The notes under the pieces: model-generated
Database searches by the model: none
Told to the model about the DNA's origin: nothing
What the model saw: only the letters and a program-made list of their open reading frames with translations
Source of the DNA: a virus
Lineage: Duplodnaviria; Caudoviricetes
Strand: one strand, 5' to 3'
Length of the DNA stretch: 29,789 nucleotides
Virus record (IMG/VR): IMGVR_UViG_3300032373_000080
Span: 1-29,789 of that record
Made by a program: the position numbers and the translations under genes
Shown here: positions 16,323 through 25,236 of the stretch, in pieces
Numbering within the stretch: the stretch's first letter is position 1
Layout: the number at the start of each line of letters is the position of its first letter

Positions 16323-19300
16323 ATGTCAGTATCTGTTGCTCTTAGTAGTTTTTCCGGTACTAATGTAAGTACCGGTATAGACATCTCACATGCTCATGTA
16401 GGTACGCCTAAAGGCGTCTTAGTGACTATAATTGAGCGTGCTCCTACGGGTGACAGAATATCAGGTGTTACTTATGGGGGAGAAAGTTTAGTTGAAGTTA
16501 CCACTGGTGTAACTACTGCTTCCCCCATAATATATACAAACGCTGAACCATTTACGATACATTACTTTTTCTTGGGTACTAGCGTACCGGCCGGTACACA
16601 GACAGCTACTATAAGTCCTTCTTCTGCAGGCGGTAGGCTATGTGTAGTAACTACCTTCGATGGTGCAGCAGATTTAGAAATAAATGACTTAGAAAGTCTT
16701 GCAGATACCAGCGAAGCAGACCCATCTTATACTTTTGGTTTAGGTGGGACAGAATCATTAGTAATGATAGGCTTTGGTTCTGGATATTCAGCAGTAGGTA
16801 ATGTCAGCCCTTACACTGGTTGGTCGGAAGAGGCAGAATTTGATTTAGGCTCTAGTGTTGCAGGTGTTTATTCCTATGACACTGTTGGAACTAGTGACCC
16901 TACAGATTGTGGTTATAATACATCCGGTGCTGATGATGTCTCTCTATCTGCAATAGCAATTAATGAAATCTCTGGTGGAAGTACTACACATACCGGAACA
17001 GGTGGATTAAGTTCAGCAGCTTCTACTATGTCAGGTTCAGGTAGTAGTTTTACTGTTGAATCGGGTACTGGTGGTTTATCTAGTGCTGCAAGCTCATTAA
17101 CCGTAACAGCTAACGCATTCTCAATACTATCAGGTACTGGTTCATTAGTTACTAATGTCAGTACTATTGCTGGTGTAGGTGAAGTTGTACATAGTGGTTC
17201 AGGAGCACTAACAAGCAATAATGTGACATTAACTAGTACTGCTTCAGTTATAAGAACAGGTAGTGGTACGTTAAACAGTCAAGATGTTGTATTAACTGCT
17301 GTGGCTGCATTAGTTAAAAATGCTACAGGTAATTTAGCAAATGTTGATAGTTCCATTACCGCCACCGCAGAAGTTGTAAGGGCAGGTACAGGTACTCTAA
17401 ATTCTGCTGATGCTACTATTGACGGCGCAAGTGTAGGAGTAGTGAGTGCTGCCCCTACTTTAACTGTTGACCCTTCTACCATAAGTGGTTCAGGTGCTCG
17501 AGTAGTTAAGACGCCATCTAATGCCTCATTAATATCTAATGAGTCAACACTATCAGTTACCGCTACTGTAGTTAAAACAGCGCTGGGTACACTAAATAGC
17601 ACGCAAGCTACATTATCAGGTAGTGGCGCCACATTTGCTCTAGGGGCAGGCACAGGCTCTTTAACTAGTCCTAATGGCTCTAGTATTACTGCCACTGTCG
17701 ATATAATACGTAAATCATCGAATGATACTTTAGCTTCTAGTTCTAGTTCACTTACTGTAACAAGTAACATAATTAGAGTATCTAATTCAGATAACATTGG
17801 AGCGGATAGCTCTACTATTAATGGTTCTGGTTTAGGTATTGTTACCGGTGTTGGTACTTTAACTGTAAATTCTGCAGAAATAGATGCTGTAATAGTTAAA
17901 GAAGTTTCTGGTACTGGTGCACTTAATTCAAGTGATTCTGCTGTATTCGGTGCTGGTGGTGACATTGTAATTATTATTGGTGATTTAGTAGCTGACTCTG
18001 CAGTACTTAATAATACTGGAGTTGTATTTACCACTATAGATATAACTGAAGCTATCCAAGCAGATAGTGCTAATATCGTCGGTGTAGGTACTGTAAGCGT
18101 ATTATCACAAGGTACAGGTAACCTTGCAGCAGGTGATTCTGACATATCAGGTGCAGGTATTAACTCTAATGCTATTTTAGTTACTGGCAACCTACAAAGC
18201 GAAGTATCTACGTTATCTGGCGTAGGTAGTGGTTTTACAGTTAATGTAAGTACCAGTGATAATTTACAAAGCACCTCTTCAAGCCTTACTGTTGATGTAG
18301 AAGCTTTCACTATAATCGATACAGTTACTGCAGATTTGCAAGTAAGCAGCTCTACAATGAGTACTGCCGGGGAACGAGTAATTACTGGTTATGGTGATTT
18401 AGTACATCAACTCAGTAATATGTCAGCCACAGTAGAATTATTTAAAGGAGTCTCTGGTAATCTTAGACCTAATCCTAGTGGTATTAGTGGTACCGGACTT
18501 AAAGGTAAAACATATACATCTCTGCGGGTAACAGCAAATAGCTCATCCTTATCAGGACAAGGCATTGCATTTAGTACCTTAACAGGTACCGGTAACCTAA
18601 TTAGTGGCTCACCCCTTATATCTCTGGAAGTAAGTACAGAAGGTGATATTACCCCTGTAGACTTTACGTTTGGCTCACTAACTACTAATTTATTAGATAC
18701 TATAACTGAAGCCTCAGAAACCATTACAATTACGGGATTGAACCTTCAAGTGCCTATTTCAATAGATGGAGGAGAGTACAGTATAGATGGTGGTGCATTT
18801 ACTACTCAGCCAGGTGTAATTAGTAATAACCAAACATTACAGGTAAGATTATTATCTGGTAATGCCATGGGAGTTGTATCCACAACTACTATTACGGTAT
18901 CTGACTATGTAACTACATTTGTTGTAACTACTTCTCCGGGAATTGAAACTAGTGAAGGTCAACCTTTATGTCTTACATCTAATTATGGAACATACCCTAG
19001 AATTGTAGGAAAAATAAACAATATAGAGTTTCACACTGAAGATGCATTAGAAGTATTAGTACAATTAACTAGACGTTGGAAGAGTTTTGAGATTAATCCA
19101 ACTGCTGAGGTTAGTTGTCGATTAGTATCTACTGACCGTCAAAATACGTATACAGATATTAGCTTACAGACATCTACACAGAATGGTGCAGATTGGGCTA
19201 ACTCATTGATTAACTTAATAATACCTCGTGAACAGATGCAAGCATTAAAGGATGAATTATTACCTTGGAATATATGTACATTGCCTTGTTTCATTGAGAT

Positions 19301-19379
19301 AGAAATTAGAGATACTCATGGTACTAAGACGTTCTATACTAGAGTACTACTAATTAAACACTTAATACTGGAAGAGTAG
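16323..19379 (+). CDS. Long repeat-rich fibre protein (module B)
   Basis: 1018 aa; N-terminal ~220 aa globular domain, about 25 tandem 21-24 aa Ser/Thr/Gly repeats, Ig-like domain (DITPVDFTF...GGEYSIDGG), C-terminal domain shared with 9947-14392. Confidence 0.8.
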   Translation: MSVSVALSSFSGTNVSTGIDISHAHVGTPKGVLVTIIERAPTGDRISGVTYGGESLVEVTTGVTTASPIIYTNAEPFTIHYFFLGTSVPAGTQTATISPSSAGGRLCVVTTFDGAADLEINDLESLADTSEADPSYTFGLGGTESLVMIGFGSGYSAVGNVSPYTGWSEEAEFDLGSSVAGVYSYDTVGTSDPTDCGYNTSGADDVSLSAIAINEISGGSTTHTGTGGLSSAASTMSGSGSSFTVESGTGGLSSAASSLTVTANAFSILSGTGSLVTNVSTIAGVGEVVHSGSGALTSNNVTLTSTASVIRTGSGTLNSQDVVLTAVAALVKNATGNLANVDSSITATAEVVRAGTGTLNSADATIDGASVGVVSAAPTLTVDPSTISGSGARVVKTPSNASLISNESTLSVTATVVKTALGTLNSTQATLSGSGATFALGAGTGSLTSPNGSSITATVDIIRKSSNDTLASSSSSLTVTSNIIRVSNSDNIGADSSTINGSGLGIVTGVGTLTVNSAEIDAVIVKEVSGTGALNSSDSAVFGAGGDIVIIIGDLVADSAVLNNTGVVFTTIDITEAIQADSANIVGVGTVSVLSQGTGNLAAGDSDISGAGINSNAILVTGNLQSEVSTLSGVGSGFTVNVSTSDNLQSTSSSLTVDVEAFTIIDTVTADLQVSSSTMSTAGERVITGYGDLVHQLSNMSATVELFKGVSGNLRPNPSGISGTGLKGKTYTSLRVTANSSSLSGQGIAFSTLTGTGNLISGSPLISLEVSTEGDITPVDFTFGSLTTNLLDTITEASETITITGLNLQVPISIDGGEYSIDGGAFTTQPGVISNNQTLQVRLLSGNAMGVVSTTTITVSDYVTTFVVTTSPGIETSEGQPLCLTSNYGTYPRIVGKINNIEFHTEDALEVLVQLTRRWKSFEINPTAEVSCRLVSTDRQNTYTDISLQTSTQNGADWANSLINLIIPREQMQALKDELLPWNICTLPCFIEIEIRDTHGTKTFYTRVLLIKHLILEE
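16986..18638 (+). repeat. Degenerate tandem protein repeat, about 25 units of 21-24 aa
   Basis: Consensus approx. [VI]xxG[TS]GxLx[SA]xx[SA]x[LI][ST]GxG; e.g. HTGTGGLSSAASTMSGSG, RAGTGTLNSADATIDGAS, VSGTGALNSSDSAVFGAG; counted by eye. Confidence 0.85.
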
Positions 19380-19382
19380 TAC

Positions 19383-19411
19383 TTTAATAAGTATTATTTA
19401 GCTGGTATCAT
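19383..19411 (+). promoter_or_regulatory. Possible promoter for the portal-capsid operon
   Basis: TTTAAT (19383-19388), 17 bp spacer, TG-G-TATCAT extended -10 (19403-19411) in the 61 bp gap before the portal gene. Confidence 0.4.
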
Positions 19412-19440
19412 ACTATGCATATTAACTTAGGTTACACTAT

Positions 19441-21576
19441 ATGATTGATAATTCAGATGTAAATACAGAAGAAGTAACGGAACACGGTACTGATGAACCG
19501 AGTAAACGTCCGTCTTGGAATAATGTACCTACGCTTAAACAATTAAAGCAAAATATACAAGATGCTAGCTCTGATAAGAGTATACAAGATTCTAAAATAC
19601 AAACACGTAGAAAGAACTTAAACCCTACTTTTACTCCAGTACGTAAAGGACTATCTTCAGTAGCACCTAAAGTTATTCGTAAACAGGCTGAATGGAAGTA
19701 CTCATCACTGTCAGAACCTTTTTTAAGTACTGAAGACTTATTTGATGTTAAACCGGCTACTCATTTAGACAAAGAAGCTGCTAAACAAAATCAAGCAGTA
19801 TTAAATTACCAATTTAATAATAAGATAGATAAAGTAGATTTTATTAATAGTTATGTGAGAAGTGCTGTCAATGACGGTACTGTCATTACTAGGGTTGGCT
19901 GGGAATATGAAGAAAAGACAGTTATAGAGACTGTTCCTGCATATCAATACGTAGAGACTGATGACCCTCAGACTTTACAGCACCATCAAATGCTCATGCA
20001 GCAGATACAACAAAATCCAGAAATTATAAATAATTTACCTGAGCATATAGCATATGCACATGAATTAACTGTAGAGACTGGTATTCCACATGCTGCTATA
20101 CATGATGGGACTGAAGATGTTGAGAAAGTTAAAATATTAAAGAATCACCCAACTGTGGAAGTATGTAATCCACTCAATTTAATTATTGACCCTAGTTGTA
20201 AAGGCAAGTTAGATAAGGCAGGTTTTATTGGTTATAGTATGGAACAGTCGTACTCTGATTTAGTTCAATCTGGTTTATACTTCGATTTAGATAAAATACA
20301 GGTAGATAATAACTCTCCTGAATCTGATGCTGATTTCATGCGTAGTATGGAGTCCTCATTTAAATATAATGATAAGCCCCGTAAGAAATTAGTAGTACAA
20401 GAGTACTGGGGATATTGGGATATTGAAGGTAATGATGAAGTTGAACCTATTGTTGCAGCTTGGGTTGGAAGTACTTTAATACGCTTAGAGAAGAATCCTT
20501 ACCCCGGTAAAATGCATCCTTTTGATAGTGCTAAATATTTACATACTATTGATGAGAACTTTGGTGAAACTGATGGTGATTTACTAGTTGATAACCAAAA
20601 CATTATAGGTGCTGTATCTAGGGGTATGGTGGATATATTAGCTCGCTCTGCTAATGGGCAAGTTGGTTCACGTAAAGATGCTTTAGATATTACAAATAAA
20701 CGTAGATATGAAAATGGAGAGGATTATGAATTTAATCCTCAAGTAGACCCAAGACAAGCATTCCATATGGGGACATTCCCAGAGGTTCCACAGTCAGCAC
20801 AGATTATGTTAGCTAATCAATACGCTGAAGCAGAGAGCATGACAGGCACTAAATCATTCTCTAATGGTATAAGTGGTGAAGCTCTTGGTTCTACTGCTAC
20901 AGGTATCCGTAGTGCTATGGATGCCACAAGTAAACGTGAATTAGATATACTCCGTAGATTGGCTAATGGTATTATTAATATTGGTAAGAAAGTAATTGCC
21001 ATGAATGCGGAATTTTTATCCGATGAAGAAGTTATACGTATTACTGATGAAGAATTTTTTAATGTTAAGCGTGAGAACTTAATAGGTAATTTCGACCTTA
21101 AATTAACTATTAGTACCGCAGAAGCAGATAACCAAAAAGCCGAAGAGTTGGCTTTTATGTTACAGACTACAGCTCAAGCAATTGGACCGGAGATGACTAC
21201 CCTCATACTTGCCGACATTGCTAGACTTAGAAAGATGCCAGCATTGGCTAAGAAACTTGAAGATTATCAACCACAACCTGACCCGTTAGCTGAACGTAAA
21301 GCTCAGTTAGAGATTGAACTACTCCAAGCACAGATTGTTACTGAACAATCCAAGGCAATTGAGAATAGGGCACAAGCTCAACTGGACATTGCAAAAGCGC
21401 GTTCTGAAGGTAGCAAGGCTGATAAACAAGACTTAGACTATGTAGAGCAGGAAACCGGTGTTACTCAAGAGAGGGACTTGCAAAAGCAAAAAGCTCAATC
21501 AGAAGGTAACATGAATCTAGAACTGCTTAAGAAGGCTTTAGACCCTTCCACTGAGCAAAAAACAAAGGTAAGTTAA
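19441..21576 (+). CDS. Portal protein (N4 gp59-like)
   Basis: 711 aa; SSVAPKVIRKQAEWKYSSLSEPFL, VLNYQFN, EYWGYWDI, ARSANGQ, AESMTGTKSFSNGISG, SKRELDILRRLA, ISTAEADNQKAEELAFMLQT match recalled N4 portal motifs. Confidence 0.95.
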   Translation: MIDNSDVNTEEVTEHGTDEPSKRPSWNNVPTLKQLKQNIQDASSDKSIQDSKIQTRRKNLNPTFTPVRKGLSSVAPKVIRKQAEWKYSSLSEPFLSTEDLFDVKPATHLDKEAAKQNQAVLNYQFNNKIDKVDFINSYVRSAVNDGTVITRVGWEYEEKTVIETVPAYQYVETDDPQTLQHHQMLMQQIQQNPEIINNLPEHIAYAHELTVETGIPHAAIHDGTEDVEKVKILKNHPTVEVCNPLNLIIDPSCKGKLDKAGFIGYSMEQSYSDLVQSGLYFDLDKIQVDNNSPESDADFMRSMESSFKYNDKPRKKLVVQEYWGYWDIEGNDEVEPIVAAWVGSTLIRLEKNPYPGKMHPFDSAKYLHTIDENFGETDGDLLVDNQNIIGAVSRGMVDILARSANGQVGSRKDALDITNKRRYENGEDYEFNPQVDPRQAFHMGTFPEVPQSAQIMLANQYAEAESMTGTKSFSNGISGEALGSTATGIRSAMDATSKRELDILRRLANGIINIGKKVIAMNAEFLSDEEVIRITDEEFFNVKRENLIGNFDLKLTISTAEADNQKAEELAFMLQTTAQAIGPEMTTLILADIARLRKMPALAKKLEDYQPQPDPLAERKAQLEIELLQAQIVTEQSKAIENRAQAQLDIAKARSEGSKADKQDLDYVEQETGVTQERDLQKQKAQSEGNMNLELLKKALDPSTEQKTKVS

Positions 21577-21580
21577 AATC

Positions 21581-21907
21581 ATGAATAGTATTAAACAAAT
21601 TGACTCAGATATTAAAGACTATGAAGCACAGCTAGAAATAGCCAATGCCTTAGACCGCTTATTATCAAACAAAGACTTTAAAGCAGTAATCATTGAGGGG
21701 TACCTTAGAGATTATGTTTCAGACTTGGTTTGTCAATTGAATTACCCAGAGTTTGCACAAATGAAAGATTTCCATGAAGAGGCCATTAAAGGCGTTAGTG
21801 GATTTTCAATGTATTTGCGTCAGTTACGTGACCAACAGCATTTAGCAGCTAAGAACTTAGATGATGCTAGAGAAACTAGACAGTCAATGTTAAGAGCAGA
21901 GGACTAA
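21581..21907 (+). CDS. Conserved N4-like protein (gp58-like)
   Basis: 108 aa; ALDRLLSNKDFKAVIIEGYL motif; lies between the portal and gp57-like genes. Confidence 0.7.
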   Translation: MNSIKQIDSDIKDYEAQLEIANALDRLLSNKDFKAVIIEGYLRDYVSDLVCQLNYPEFAQMKDFHEEAIKGVSGFSMYLRQLRDQQHLAAKNLDDARETRQSMLRAED

Positions 21908-21911
21908 TATT

Positions 21912-23081
21912 ATGTCAGACGCTCCTAACTATGAAAGCATGTCAGATGAAGAATTTTTAAATCTACCTCTTGAAGAGATTCACCAGGAAGATGAAATTGA
22001 CGTTAATGCTGAAAATGATGCAGAACCTGAAGGTGATGTAGTTGATGATGAGGAAAATATTCATGAAGATGCTGCGTCCGAAGATACCGAAGAAGATGAA
22101 GGTACAGATGAAGAATCAGATGATGAACTTGAATCTGAAGAATCGGAAGATGAAGACACTGAGTTAAATGATGAAGAGTCTGATACTGACCCCGATGATG
22201 AAGATGACATCTCTGAGGACGCTCCTGAGAAGGATAAAGACCTTAAAGAAGATAACGGTAATGATGTAGGTGATATAGACTACAAATCCGAATACGAAAG
22301 AATTTTAGCTCCATTTCGTGCCAATGGTAAAGAAATGAAGTTAGACTCTGCAGATGATGTGATTAAGCTTATGCAAATGGGGGCCGGCTTCAATAAGAAG
22401 ATGGCCGAGTTCAAACCATACCGTAAGACTATGAAGATGTTGCAGAATAACGACTTACTTGATGAAGGAAAATTATCATTTTTAATTGACCTCCACAAGA
22501 AAGACCCAGCAGCGATAACTAAGCTAATCAAAGATTCTGAAATTAATCCTCTGGATTTAGACTTAGAAACGGCTACTGAATACAAACCAAATACTCACAC
22601 TGTTGATGATAAAGAAATAGATTTTGAAGATGCAGTATCAGACATTAAAGATACTGATACATATGATAGAACTATTCAAATTGTTGGTACTGAGTGGGAT
22701 GATTCTAGTAGACAAGCGTTGTTTAGAGAACCCGCCATCTTAAACGTTATCAATGGTCATATAGCTTCGGGCATATATGACAAAATAGCAACTCAGATGG
22801 AAAAAGACAAAATGTTAGGTAATCTAACAGGGCTGTCAGATTTAGAAGCTTATATGAAAGTTGGTAAACAATTAAATGACCAAGGTGCTTTTGCTCCAAA
22901 ACCTGCACCGGTTGCTAAACGTAAACCTGCTCCTAAAGCGCCTGACCCCAAAGTAACTAACCGTAAGCGCAAATTAGCGCCTACTAAAAGTAATAAGTCT
23001 AAAACAGCTCCAGATATAGATTCTTATGCGAGTATGTCGGATGAGAAGTTTATGGAGTTAATGGACGAATCGCTTCTTTAA
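21912..23081 (+). CDS. Scaffold-like protein (N4 gp57-like, often annotated as tape measure)
   Basis: 389 aa; very acidic N-terminus, PFRANGKE, LMQMGAGF, LSFLIDL, Pro/Lys-rich tail, MSDE[EK]F motif at both termini; directly before the capsid gene. Confidence 0.8.
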   Translation: MSDAPNYESMSDEEFLNLPLEEIHQEDEIDVNAENDAEPEGDVVDDEENIHEDAASEDTEEDEGTDEESDDELESEESEDEDTELNDEESDTDPDDEDDISEDAPEKDKDLKEDNGNDVGDIDYKSEYERILAPFRANGKEMKLDSADDVIKLMQMGAGFNKKMAEFKPYRKTMKMLQNNDLLDEGKLSFLIDLHKKDPAAITKLIKDSEINPLDLDLETATEYKPNTHTVDDKEIDFEDAVSDIKDTDTYDRTIQIVGTEWDDSSRQALFREPAILNVINGHIASGIYDKIATQMEKDKMLGNLTGLSDLEAYMKVGKQLNDQGAFAPKPAPVAKRKPAPKAPDPKVTNRKRKLAPTKSNKSKTAPDIDSYASMSDEKFMELMDESLL

Positions 23082-23101
23082 CTTAACAGAGGAAATGTGC
23101 T

Positions 23102-24538
23102 ATGACACAGTTATATAACGACCCGGCTGGTGGAACAGAGTCCAGTATCGGTAATCAATTTGAGACTTTCAAATGGGAGCGTAAAGCACTCATTGAAGCT
23201 CGTAAAGAGATGTATTTCTCTCAACTGTCTTCTACCAAAAATATGCCTAAGCATATGGGTAAGACTATTAAAAAGTATCATTACATTCCATTATTGGATG
23301 ATGCTAATATTAATGACCAAGGTATAGATGCCGCTGGTGTTACTACTACTCGTAGTAAAACTATCGTTATCCGTAAACCAGGTACATTAAAAAATATCTA
23401 CACTGATTTCTACGCTGTAGGTGAAGGTGCTAATGATGGGGCTGCTGTAACTGCTGCTGAAGCACGAGCTATGGAACTATTCGCTAGTCCTGCTGTTGCT
23501 GGTTTAGATACATCAGATGTGGCTAATGATACCTATGCTGAAGCTAAAGCTGTACTTGAAGGCTTAGGTTGGGTTATCGATGATACTGCTGCTGCTGTAC
23601 CGGTAGCCGGTAATCTTTATGGTTCATCTAAAGATATCGGAACTATTGTTAGTAAGTTACCTACTCTTTCTGAGACAGGTGGACGAGTTAACCGAGTTGG
23701 CTTCAAGCGTGTTGAAATTGAAGGTACTATTGCTAAATTTGGTTTCTTCCAAGAGTACACTAAAGAATCCATGGACTTTGATACTGATGCGGAACGTATG
23801 CAACATATCAACCGTGAGATGCTTAACGGTGCTGTAGAAATTACTGAAGATGCAATCCAGATTGACATGTTAAATGGTGCTGGTGTTGTACGTTACGGTG
23901 GTGCTGCTGCTAGTGCTGCAGAAATTTCTGGTGAATCAGGTGAAGTATCTAGTCCTACTAACGCAGGGTTAACACGTTTAGCTATCGATTTAGATAATAA
24001 CCGTACCCCTAAAAGTACTAATTTAATTACTGGTACTCGTTTAGTAGATACTAAAACTCTTCCAGCAGCTCGTTTCATGTACATCGGTTCTGAGCTAATC
24101 CCTACTGTAGAAAAAATGGTTGATGACTTCGGTGATAAACTATTTAAATCAGTTGAGACATATGCCGCAGGTACTACTGTTGCTAATGGTGAAATTGGTT
24201 CTGTAGGTAAGTTCCGAGTAATCGTTGCTCCTGAGATGGTTCATTGGGCTGGCGCCGGTAAAAGTGTAACTACTAATACTGGTTATAGAGAAACTGGCGG
24301 TAACTACGATGTCTTCCCAATGTTAGTTATTGGTTCAGAGGCATTCACTACTATAGGTTTCCAATCTGACGGTAAGTCTAAGAAATTTACTATATATGAC
24401 AAGAAGCCTGGTCTTGAAACTGCTGACCGTACTGACCCGTATGGCGAAATGGGATTCAGCTCTATTAAGTGGTACTACGGTTCACTTATCGAGCGTCCTG
24501 AACGTATCGCTGTATACAAAGTTGTTGCTGAGTGGTAA
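23102..24538 (+). CDS. Major capsid protein (N4 gp56-like) with an internal insertion
   Basis: 478 aa; MPKHMGKTIK, YIPLLDD.NINDQGIDA, GNLYGSSKDIG, GGRVNRVGF, DPYGEMGFSSIKWYYG, RPERIA. Confidence 0.97.
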   Translation: MTQLYNDPAGGTESSIGNQFETFKWERKALIEARKEMYFSQLSSTKNMPKHMGKTIKKYHYIPLLDDANINDQGIDAAGVTTTRSKTIVIRKPGTLKNIYTDFYAVGEGANDGAAVTAAEARAMELFASPAVAGLDTSDVANDTYAEAKAVLEGLGWVIDDTAAAVPVAGNLYGSSKDIGTIVSKLPTLSETGGRVNRVGFKRVEIEGTIAKFGFFQEYTKESMDFDTDAERMQHINREMLNGAVEITEDAIQIDMLNGAGVVRYGGAAASAAEISGESGEVSSPTNAGLTRLAIDLDNNRTPKSTNLITGTRLVDTKTLPAARFMYIGSELIPTVEKMVDDFGDKLFKSVETYAAGTTVANGEIGSVGKFRVIVAPEMVHWAGAGKSVTTNTGYRETGGNYDVFPMLVIGSEAFTTIGFQSDGKSKKFTIYDKKPGLETADRTDPYGEMGFSSIKWYYGSLIERPERIAVYKVVAEW

Positions 24539-24558
24539 TCACTAGGTAACATCCCCTA

Positions 24559-24590
24559 AAGCCTCTGCAATTCCGCAGGGGCTTGTTTTA
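24559..24590 (+). terminator. Rho-independent terminator after the capsid gene (short U tract)
   Basis: AAGCCTCTGC-AATTCC-GCAGGGGCTT 10 bp stem (one G-U pair) followed by GTTTTA. Confidence 0.7.
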
Positions 24591-24606
24591 CTAAGAGAAA
24601 TACATA

Positions 24607-25227
24607 ATGACTAATTCAGACCAAAATGCAGTTACAACTGAGCCTGCACAAGAAAGCAAAGACCAAGCATTATTGGAACTTAAAGAAAGAGCAGATGCTT
24701 TAAATGTTCCTTACCATCCTAATATCGGTATTGAAAAATTACAGATGCGTATTGATGCACATTTGAGTGTTATGGATGACAAGCGATTTAATACTACTAC
24801 CCATCATAACCAAGATTCTATAGCTACTTCCCAACATGTTGATGAAGATACAATAAAACGTCAATCGTTAGAAAAGAAACGAAGAGAGCAATTAAAATTA
24901 GTTAGAATAATCCTTAATAGTAACGACCCAAATAGAACTGAATGGGAAGGTGAAGTAATTACATGCTCTAATGATTTGGTAGGTACAGTGAAGAAATTCA
25001 TACCCTATGGTCATGAAGCTGGTTGGCATATTCCACAGATTATGCTTAACACGTTACGAGAGAAACAAGTACAGTTACATTCACAGAAAGTAAATAGAAA
25101 GACCGGAGTAAGAGTTCATACTACTCGTTTAGTACCTGCGTATAGTATTGAAGTGCTTCAACCTCTTAACTCTCAAGAGTTAGATTTGTTGGCTAAACAG
25201 CAATCTAATGTAGATGAAATAGACTAA
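24607..25227 (+). CDS. N4 gp55-like protein
   Basis: 206 aa; LKERADALNVPYHPNIGIEKLQMRI, KLVRI, EWEGEVIT, GTVKKFIPY, GWHIPQ; directly after the capsid gene. Confidence 0.8.
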   Translation: MTNSDQNAVTTEPAQESKDQALLELKERADALNVPYHPNIGIEKLQMRIDAHLSVMDDKRFNTTTHHNQDSIATSQHVDEDTIKRQSLEKKRREQLKLVRIILNSNDPNRTEWEGEVITCSNDLVGTVKKFIPYGHEAGWHIPQIMLNTLREKQVQLHSQKVNRKTGVRVHTTRLVPAYSIEVLQPLNSQELDLLAKQQSNVDEID

Positions 25228-25236
25228 GGATAAATC

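Noticed and set aside
17279-18310. 343 aa minus-strand ORF (also 16913-17218, 18407-18724, 14714-14950)
   Set aside because: Antisense shadows of Ser/Thr/Gly/Ala-rich plus-strand genes; no RBS or recognisable motifs
19343-19383. AGTACTACT/AGTAGTACT inverted repeat at the end of the 1018 aa gene
   Set aside because: 23 nt loop, AT-rich and mostly within coding sequence; likely chance
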